DNA from: Cystobasidiomycetes sp. EMM_F5
Lineage: Eukaryota
Assembly (NCBI GenBank): GCA_051047955.1
Contig: JBPGPT010000035.1
Coordinates: forward strand, 1 to 64,000
Length of the DNA: 64,000 nucleotides
Reading direction: 5' to 3'
Shown: piece by piece, positions 26,797-35,682 of the stretch
How positions within the stretch are numbered: position 1 is the first letter of the stretch
Layout of the letters: the number at the start of each line of letters is the position of its first letter
Position numbers and translations under genes: made by a program
Notes under the pieces: generated by a model
Seen by the model: only the letters and a program-made list of their open reading frames with translations
What the model was told of the DNA's origin: nothing
The model's database searches: none

Positions 26797-28122
26797 ATGG
26801 ACGGCTATGCGACACGAGCGCCGTCAACGGGTCCCATTCGCACTGGCAGCGTTGAAGCAGGGTCATCCAAGAACAAACGCCTCCCGCCATCGAGCGTAGT
26901 CCCATCGTTCTTTGCCGCGAGCAAGCCATACGACAGGGCACAAGACACGTCTACTTCCAAGCACTCTGGTGGTAGTAGTAGCGCTGGGAGTAGCAAAGCG
27001 TCCACGTCGAAACTCGTTGATCCAGCGCGGAGCAGTAAAGTACGCAAGACGTTAATGGCGAGACTATCGATCCAGTCTGAAACATCCATTCATTCACCTA
27101 TACAGCTCAAACAGACAGTTATTGACATTACGAAGAGCCTGAAGAGCGCCGATAATCCAATTGTACGTGCCGGTATCGGCAATGTATACCTCGAATCGCC
27201 CACTGACATCGATTCCCTCGACAGACACATTCCACTTCTTGTATGTCTTGGCTGCACTTCATGACTCACCAGCCCTGATCCATTATATGTACACTTAGAC
27301 TCGAGCGCGTTTCATTACGTTTCTTGTAGCTCTGGCCATCAGTCCAGTATGCACCTACCAGATCTGCACCGCGGCCGGACTTGAGGACTGAGCAAGTGTT
27401 TGACTATAGATGGCGGCTTCCATCGCACATCCATCAAGGCGCACACGCTTGACCGGAATTATAAGCTCAAGGCTCAAGCGGCCGCATGCCAATCTGACAT
27501 CTTCAAAGGCGTGAAATGCTAGTAAGTACCTACGTAGACAGCTTCGATGTATACTCTTACTCGACACTTAAATAGTATTAATGGCGTGACGACCCCGCTT
27601 ATTGGCAATCTTGATCTAATACGGATACTCCAGGAGAACGGAGCGGATGTCCGGTAAGCAGTGCTGTTTCTGTATTTATAATGCAAACGTCAACTGATAT
27701 GTGTAACAAAATGGACTGCAGCTACAACTTCTCCAAACGCTCTTGTACGCATATTATCTGCACATCCAACCTGAGCGCTTCGAAAACGCACAAAGAGCTG
27801 TCGAATCGATCCAGTACAAAGGTAGTCTCACCGCAATGGTTAGTCAAGTCGCAGTACCGGTAGCTTGTGAAGAAAAGGTGAACTGATCTCTTTGCCATAC
27901 AGGGTGTTGGACTGCGTATCAGAAGGGAAGAAACTGGCCGAGACAAAATACAAAGTTCTATCGGCATCGGAGACGCAGCATAGCGTGAAGGAGCAATTTG
28001 CGACAGCGCTTCAACCTTTGAAGCGATCGATGTCTGCCGACCCTACGTGTATCTCGGGTGATGCAAACGTCAGCCTGAATACGTCTGTAGACGACCCAAT
28101 CGTAATTAGCAGCAGTCAGTGA
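26797..28122 (+). CDS. BRCT-domain protein
   Basis: SDIFKGVKC|YING...LIRILQENG, CTHIICTSNLSASK, VVSPQW|VLDCVSEGKKLAETKY BRCT pattern. Confidence 0.75.
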
Positions 28123-28446
28123 AGCGATGCTGGGAGTAGGGGAGTAAGTCTGGGCTTTGCGGAGCAGTTGCTCATGTAGCCTTTGTGGAAGGATTGCTGT
28201 TGTTGGGATTATATGTAAGCAAGACTCATTTCCACTCTCGGGACGACGCCGGATTTGATACCCGTGCAACCAATCGACGTTGTCATGAAGTACCGCGTGT
28301 TATTGCCTGGCGCAGCTTAGCTGCTGTAACGGAAACGCCGGAATTAACTACATCCAGCGACCCATGCCAGGAGCAAGCCGAAGTCTGATAGTAACGACAA
28401 CGGGTAGTGTTGATGAGTTGTAGCAGTACAGATGTTTCCCCTTCCT

Positions 28447-29213
28447 CTACTGTGCGTGCTTGGCCTTGCCGGAACGAAGCTTGCGTCGGTAGAACTGTTG
28501 TGTGCGAAAACAGTTAGAACGATGGCATACAGCGCTGAAACGAGACCCTCACGTCTAGCTCCTCTCCCTCGAGGATATACCCATCGGCACGACCAGACTG
28601 TCCTGGTCTTGACGAGATGCAAGCCAACAGCCGACTGGAGTTGAATTGTCCTTCAAGGTTTGGGTCCAATTTGGCCGACTTTTTGCGCTCCTCCAGCGTG
28701 CGTACGACGTGCTTGGATTGCTTCTTCTCTTCGGTTGGTGCAGCAGCGTCCTTGGCGCCCTATACATCGACACAAGCAATACCATCAGCATTGGTGATTC
28801 CGATCTCGTTTCTGCGTTCGCGTCCAACGTACGCCTGCGCGCTTCCTGGTGACTGGCTGGCCGTAGTGGGTCTCGTACCACTGTCTGAAGGGGGTCGCGT
28901 CAATCTCGATGATTGATCCCTTCACGAGGGTGTTTGTTCGGACGAGCTCATTGTCTGACGAGTTGTAGACGACGCGGATGATGCGCGTCTTGCGGGTCGA
29001 GTGCTCTGATCCCCAGGCAAAGTTTCCGCTGTCGAGACGGAGTGCACGATGCTTCTCGTTTCCACCTCTTGTCCGCACAGTGTGGATGCGCTTTGCACCA
29101 ATCTTTGTCTTTGACGGCTGGCGACCCTTTTCAAACGACCGCTTCTTGCGGTACGGGATCGGGGCAGCACCAGAGGCGCTTCTCTTGTGCCGGCTGTCTC
29201 GTGAGATACCCAT
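28447..29213 (-). CDS. RPS8: 40S ribosomal protein S8 (eS8)
   Basis: [67 protein letters not shown]. Confidence 0.97.
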
Positions 29214-29750
29214 GTTGGCTGGTGACAATAATAAACCCTCTCTTGGGTTGCTGGCGGCAGACTTGGTTTGAGCTTCGGGCAATTTTCGATCGCGGAAGGC
29301 GGACCCTTGATTTTTCTGCAACGGGAAAGGCAAAGAGAGAGGAAATCTCCACCCAGTGTGTGTGTTGACGACGAAGTTGCTGAGGAGGAGTATCAAGTCA
29401 CTGACTAGTCTGGAATGAGCGCTGACGCTTGAAAGACCTGTGCTGACCTGGCTAAGTTACAAGTTACAAGCTACATGGCTAACGGCTAACAAGTACTGCA
29501 CAACTGCTTGCAATTGATGTATGGCACATCTGTCCTGCCATCTGTGCACTCTATAAAGATACGAGCCACGTTCGTCCCAGAAACTAACGTAATGTCCAAC
29601 CCCGCAACGGTCGCCCAAGCCGTGTGACCGTGTCCTGGTCTCTTGTCCAACTCTGAACCCCAGTCAGACACGTTTGCAAAGATCGAGAGGCAAGGCTATG
29701 AATCACACCCATCGCCGTTCTGCCATCTCAATCGTCGAGGACGTTTCAAA

Positions 29751-30962
29751 ATGCCCTTCTGCAGACTTCCCAAACCTGTGCAATATGCCGTCCTGGAGCA
29801 CCTCTCTACATCTGACCTATACAATCTCTCTTTGGTGTGCGCTCAGCTTCGGGCAGTAGCGCAGGCCGAACTGCACAGGCACGTAGCTCTAGGCCGTTCA
29901 GACGAAGGCAGACGGGTCACATTGGACGTACAAGGCCGTAAACCATCTCCAAAACCCTTCGAGCCATTCGATCGACGTTTCGAACAGTACCTGGACGATA
30001 AAATCTCGCTACTGGTCCGAACACTACGTGCCAGACCTGATCTAGCCGCTTGTGTACAGCACCTACAGCTGGGTGAACACTCAAGGCTGTCGCACCTTGA
30101 ACTCGACGACCTTGCAATTCTATTAAGACTGTGTACTCGTCTGTATACGCTCAAAATGTTTGAGATGGTCATATTCCCAGGCGACTACGAGGACATATCC
30201 TCAATGCGCGCTGCTTGCCGGCAAGTCGAAGCGTACATGAGTGACGACAATTGGACGCGCCTCATTCCCTCCACACGGCTGCAACATCTTCTGCTAAATG
30301 GAACAAATGCATGGATCACGTCTTACAGAGCCTTCCACCTGAAACCGTTCATCACTGATCATCTCTTGCTGCGAGATTTGGGAAAGTGGCCATCGAGTGA
30401 GAGCGTCGCGGAATTTTGCTCAGCTTTCAGACCGCCGAGGCGGCTGACCCTCGATCAATGTCAACTTTACGCCGCGGATCTATCAATCATTCTGAAATTT
30501 GGCAAAGATGTGCTGGTGGAGATTGCCATTTTTTTCGGCGAAGGCGACCCTTGGGAGGACACCAATACCACGTACGAGTCGGACAGAGCGGACATTCGTA
30601 ATCAAGGCATCCCTCGTCAAGCTTTTACTTGCATTCAGCGCCTGACAACCGATAATCTAGTCGCCTTGAATCAATATTTTGCCTTCCCCGAAGTAAAGAA
30701 TATCCATCTCTTCAATGCAGACTCGCTCACGCTTGACTTGGTCTTATCGTTGATATCTGGTTCAGACTGCTCTATGAAGAACATAGCAGGCATTGAGTTG
30801 ATAGGCGGACGCGGAGTCGACATGGCTACCGACAGGTTCATCACATCTTTACTGCTTTTGCAGAGACATTGCGCAGCAGACGGTATACAAATGCAGCCGC
30901 CGGCGGCTACGGTGGTCAAGCGGTGTCGTACCCTTCTGTCGGAGAAGCTGGCCGCGGAATAG
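29751..30962 (+). CDS. F-box protein with LRR-like C-terminus
   Basis: RLPKPVQYAVLEHLSTSDLYNLSLVCAQLRAVAQAELHRHV F-box; LVRTLRARPDLAACVQHL. Confidence 0.8.
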   Translation: MPFCRLPKPVQYAVLEHLSTSDLYNLSLVCAQLRAVAQAELHRHVALGRSDEGRRVTLDVQGRKPSPKPFEPFDRRFEQYLDDKISLLVRTLRARPDLAACVQHLQLGEHSRLSHLELDDLAILLRLCTRLYTLKMFEMVIFPGDYEDISSMRAACRQVEAYMSDDNWTRLIPSTRLQHLLLNGTNAWITSYRAFHLKPFITDHLLLRDLGKWPSSESVAEFCSAFRPPRRLTLDQCQLYAADLSIILKFGKDVLVEIAIFFGEGDPWEDTNTTYESDRADIRNQGIPRQAFTCIQRLTTDNLVALNQYFAFPEVKNIHLFNADSLTLDLVLSLISGSDCSMKNIAGIELIGGRGVDMATDRFITSLLLLQRHCAADGIQMQPPAATVVKRCRTLLSEKLAAE

Positions 30963-31107
30963 TATCGTCATCTGAGTAGCGTAGCAGTCGGTAGTGGAGA
31001 GATGCTATCCGGCAGGCGTGGTAGGCGTGGGACAACTCTTTGCTACATTGTATCACACTGAGAAACTTGTACATACTGCAGGGCTGCGCAGTCCGCATGC
31101 TTGGACA

Positions 31108-32300
31108 CTACCCGTGAGCGTGGACTTCGAGGATACCTTGCTCAGCCCGCTTTAAGAGATAGCGAGCGCTTCGCTGCGTCAGACGCCAGCACAGCTGCAG
31201 ACTTTTGACAAGCCCGACCATAATGAAAAGTACGACCAGAACGACCCCAAACTTGTTGAGCCTGCCACGCTCGTCGCGACTAGAACGCACGGTGCGGAAA
31301 AGTCCATTCCTGAGGGGATGCAGCGGCCTGTTCAAACCTTGTGTCAGCGTATAGCAATATGAATTGTAGAAGGGCCACCGACAGCCATGGCAAGGACATT
31401 ACCATCCAGAAGAAGCTGCCAATGCCAGTCATGGAAAATCCGAGCGACATGTGCGTCATCGTATCGCCAAGTCGGGTGAGGATACGCTTGCGTCTGGATT
31501 TAGATCGTTTCCCGATCATGCGGTATGATGACTCTGAACCACTCCCAGTGTAGCGTGCTTCAGTAACGTCTGATGTTGCATCACCATATTCGATACGTTT
31601 CGTTAATGGGTTGTTGGCTGCTGCTCGATGGGCTAGCTTTACAGCCTGCCCAACGGCCTCAAAAGACATGTAGTTACTGCTTAGCGGCCATGTATCGTAG
31701 ACATCGTATGATGGGTTCGGCCCATCGAAGAACAAGGTCGATATTATAGATCCGGGGGCTTGAGATCTTCGAATGAGCCAGTTGCCAATGTGTCCGTTAA
31801 CGTACACCAGAAACAGAAAGAAAGTCCCAGCCAAAGCCATCAGTGCATCTTGTCCTCATGTCAGCTGCAGTCACACGTGGAGGATTGCGCTCACATCGAT
31901 TTTCGGCCAACCCAGCTATCCGGGCGCGCTTCAGGCGATACTTGTACTTGCATTGGTCACATTGGAAGAAGGACGTGCTCCCTCTTGAAACGCTACGCCA
32001 GGTATTCAAGCATTGGACGTGTACTTTTGCCACTGATCCTCGGCACAGGCATGGCGATATCAAGCGCTGAAGGCAGGTTTCAGATGAGCCTCCTTGTCCA
32101 GTACTACTACTACTTACCCCCAAATCTTGTTCCTCAGCTCCTCCGAAACATATCCTGCAGACCGGTGCGTCCGAGCCACGTATCTCGTCATCCGACACCT
32201 CGACAGATTCTTGAGCACCGTCATCCGGCTTAACGTGATCTATGATTGGCTCGTCATTCGATTCCGTACCGTCAGGCTCCAAATCCTCCCAGTCGTCCAT
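31108..32300 (-). CDS. RING-CH (RINGv/MARCH-type) membrane E3 ubiquitin ligase
   Basis: CRICF...LISPCLCRGSVAKVHVQCLNTWR...CDQCKYKY plus several TM segments. Confidence 0.88.
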
Positions 32301-33046
32301 AGTCTCATCAATTGATACTGACAGAAGAGGGGTGGCACGGGATTGTAGACGAGTGGTTTCAAAGCAACTAATTCTGACAAGCTTTGATTTAAGTGGTTCT
32401 CCACGTCCTATACGATATTTCTGCTGAGATGTCTCTTGCTTTTCCAGCTCTAGCTCGCGAGCACACAATATATGCGCGGGGCTTTGGAAGATCTCGGCTT
32501 CTGCACGAGCAAAGGTATTGCCTTGGAACATCAACACCTGACTATCATCAGCTGTGCTTACTGAGTCCCGAATATCTTGGAAATTCGTAACCCGTTCTGC
32601 TCGTCAAGGGATTGTCTTTGCTGTTCCAGCCTACACACAGCACGACGACACAGACTAGACGGGTTTGGATCGGGCGTAGTATTCCTTGTTATGTGTAATA
32701 AAGCATTCGCAGAAGACATAACATGCAATGTTGTACGTAAAAAAGGGATTCTTTCGAACGCCTGGGGAATTTCTCCACAATTGACGCTCATCAACAAAAA
32801 AATTCTTAGCACGAAATGAAGTCGTTTAATAACCTGAGTTACCACCCAAAAGAAGTGTAACGTTACGAGCCCCATAATATCGGGCTCAGGATCTTAATTT
32901 CTAGATCCTCCCGGAATGCTTTGGGCCTTTCTCTCGAAGAATCTTTGAAAACTCGAGACAGGGTTGCAAACACGTATCTTCTGCAAGAGAAGACGTCAAA
33001 TCATGGATTCTAGTGTTTCGTGACGCAAAAGATCGGAATACTACGC

Positions 33047-33051
33047 AAAAA
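33047..33051 (-). terminator. Oligo-T (T5) candidate Pol III terminator for tRNA-Val
   Basis: First run of at least 4 T on the minus strand downstream of the tRNA 3' end. Confidence 0.4.
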
Positions 33052-33082
33052 CGTACGCACGTCCTTGGAGCACCAAGAGCAA

Positions 33083-33211
33083 TGACCAAGGAGGGTTTCG
33101 ATCCCGCGACATTTTGCGTGTAAAGCAAACACTCTCCCAACTGAGTTACTCCTAATTCGACGTTTTTATTAGGTAAAGTCACGCATTCAGCGAATTCCGA
33201 AACTCACGGCC
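33083..33211 (-). tRNA. tRNA-Val(TAC) interrupted by a 56-nt GT-AG intron in the acceptor stem (exon 1 33211-33208; exon 2 33151-33083)
   Basis: Spliced sequence GGCCGAG TA ACTC AGTTGGGA GAGT G TTTGC TTTACAC GCAAA ATGTC GCGGG ATCGAAA CCCTC CTTGGTC A is 73 nt. It has a 7-bp acceptor stem (2 G-U), a 4-bp D stem, a 5-bp anticodon stem, a T stem with one mismatch and discriminator A73. Confidence 0.85.
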
Positions 33212-33234
33212 AAATATTGCGGACCCAGACCTCA

Positions 33235-33248
33235 ATTTTAACATATAA
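33235..33248 (-). promoter_or_regulatory. TATA-like AT tract about 25-37 nt upstream of the tRNA-Val 5' end
   Basis: Minus strand TTATATGTTAAAAT, flanked by two copies of CGCAATATTT (33212-33221, 33254-33263). Confidence 0.4.
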
Positions 33249-34384
33249 CCGGAAAATATTGCGCGGCTGCAGACTAATCTTGAAATCACCTTCGGCCCAG
33301 AAGCCGGTTCGCTGAAAGCCCTCCTGCAGCATCGAAAAGTACCAATTTAGAGAAAGAAGTTGGCGTGCACATCAACTCTCTGAACAAATCTTGACCTGCA
33401 GTATATCATGATGAGTTGCCTTTTCAAGGTCCGGAAGGCATACTCGATGGATGGTACGCAGCGCCCACCTCTTTCTGAGTTCAGAAAACTGTCCAGTCAT
33501 CGAAAAACGCGATGGATACTCTAAAGCAGCCTATTGATGAATTCTTGACGTTTGCGGCTAGGTGCGCTCTCCGTCAAAAGATCATCACTGATATCGGTCC
33601 GATAAGCCGTGAGAACGAATGGCGTTGATTTGCACTATGCAATTTCCCCCTTCAGCTTTACCCCCATCCTCTCACACTTGTTATTAAGCTCTCTTCCGAT
33701 ACTTTGTGAAGCAAGATAATCTCATGCAGGTTGGTAGAGAACGCGACATCGTGGCTCGCTACTACCGTCACCGATCAAGATTGACACGCATGTCAGTTGG
33801 CAGCACTTTCTTGAACCTTCGAGATGTCAGCGTGATGAAGCGTGCAGTGTGTTTATCACACCGCAACGATAGTTGAGGTTAGCAACGACATCGAGTAGGA
33901 CAGCTTTTGATTACTTCATCACGGATTCTTCACGATCGCCGATTCGCGTCTAGTTTGCCAGAAAAATGGCACATTGGCAGCCGCGTGACCGTTCATCACT
34001 TCGCGTGCTCAGACGGATGAAGCTTTTGGCAATTTCCACACTCGACTTTTGCTGCCTAAGTACAGCAGATGCCGGATTAGCCATGCGCAGCAATCCACCT
34101 ACCAACTACATTTCTATTGGTTAACGCCTTCAGTACAGCCGCTCTACTATCTGTTGGACAGATGGTCAGCCGTACATCAAAGTGAGTCAGTTTGAAAAAC
34201 AGCAAGTCAGGAGTATTAAGCAGGGAAGTGGAATTCAGCGTGACGGGCTGGGCCCAGGGAAGGCGGAAAATAGAAAACACTGTCTCGATGGGTCAATGTC
34301 GTATCATACACTGTGACTAGTCTTTGTAGACACACAATGCAAATGCACTGACATAATAGACTGTAGCATCATACGTGCTCCCGT

Positions 34385-35461
34385 CTACAGATCTTTGGTC
34401 CTGTCCTCGGCTTCCTTCTTTGCCCTTGCGCCGGCTACTTGCTGTCTCTTCACCTTGGTATTGATATAAGTTCCCAAGACAAAGTTGATGAGAGAAAAGA
34501 ATGGCACCCAGATCTCGTTCATGAGGAATCTCTGAGCGAAGAAGACGGACAGCGGAGACACGACCCAGGTAGTCCGCATCAGGTTTGGCATCTGGCTGCG
34601 TACAAAGGCGATGATATCGCCAATGTGACGTTTTCCGCCAAGATACGAAAGGAAGGCAAGGTAGGCTTGAGAGTGCAGATTTCGTTAGTTTCAAGCTCAG
34701 TTTATGCTCAGACGAAAGGCTGACCTGCTCCCTGGATTGGTGCGACAGTCAAGTTGTTGACAACCAGGAGAAGAACTGCATCCCGCCAGCCATGTTAGCC
34801 AAACGTCGAAACGCTAGACTCAATCCCTTACGTCTGTCACGAGCACTCGTCTTGCCAGCAAAAGCCTTTTGCAGCGTTCCTACCAGGAAATGAGCGAGTG
34901 GAGCGCTGACCAAGAAGCCTGCAAAGCAAGCGGAGGTGTGAGTATAGTTGATAATGCCGCAACATGGGGCGTGAATGGATGAAATTCACCATAAGCAGAG
35001 AGCTTGAATGCGCGTTTGTTAGACTTGACAAAGTCGACCGGTGCAATACCGGTCTTTTGATAAGGCTGCGAGCGGGCCGACTCTGGGTCAACAGCCTCTC
35101 AAGGTTTCACGACTGTCACACTCACCTCAGGAGGAGCACCAGAGAGGGATCTGGCAATGTTTTCCTGTTGGGGTATCACAATCAGCTTGTGCCGACCGTA
35201 TCACATGTCGCTTCAGACTTACTCCAGCGAAATTGAGGAGAGCAGCAGTAACCCTTAAGACAGCCAGTCAGCGTTGCCGTCACTCCAGCAGGAGATAACT
35301 AACGCCTTGGTTAGGATTGGTCGTCGGATCAGGCTGCAAAGCGTGCTGAACATCAGCCATGCCGACTCATCAGTTGAGTCCCTTGGTTCGGCTTACACAT
35401 CCAGATACTTCTCGAGAAGCGGGTTGATCTGCTTGCGAGATGGGACGAGAGGCGTCGACAT
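34385..35461 (-). CDS. Mpv17/PMP22 family (peroxisomal membrane) protein
   Basis: LLEKYLDV|LIRRPILTKA N-terminal motif; TWVVSPLSVFFAQRFL...WVPFFSLINFVLGTYIN. Confidence 0.85.
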
Positions 35462-35682
35462 AATGTGCTTTGGCGATACTGCGAATCTGCTCGACTACGA
35501 CGCGTTGCTAAGAAGCCAATACTCACTTTGAGAGCCGGAAATGCTGGTACCCGAGAATCCGGCGAAACCACATTACCGAAAAATGAATTATTGATTAACA
35601 GTACTTCTGACAAGGTGGGGAGCTAACCTCACTTCTAGTATTCAAGCTTAAGTGTACATCTGCCGGCGCCATTAGCCGCAGC

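Noticed and set aside
32558..32875. Minus-strand ORF with faint cox1-like words (HF...VN...PQ.F)
   Set aside because: Too few matches and no extended similarity.
33083..33180. tRNA-Val read as a mitochondrial-derived pseudogene, or with a 25-nt hairpin insert after GACT (CCTAAT/ATTAGG stem)
   Set aside because: The GT-AG model has canonical donor, branch and acceptor sites, a typical intron length and a fully paired stem. The alternatives need a non-canonical cut or leave the stem broken, and no mitochondrial genes flank the site.
33424..33440. AGGTCCGGAAGG resembling SRP RNA helix 8
   Set aside because: The required AGCAG does not follow, and no other SRP elements are present.
33320..33630. 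Possible small plus-strand spliced ORF (YHDELPFQGPEGILDGW|CALRQKIITD...)
   Set aside because: No consistent start or upstream frame and no recognisable family.
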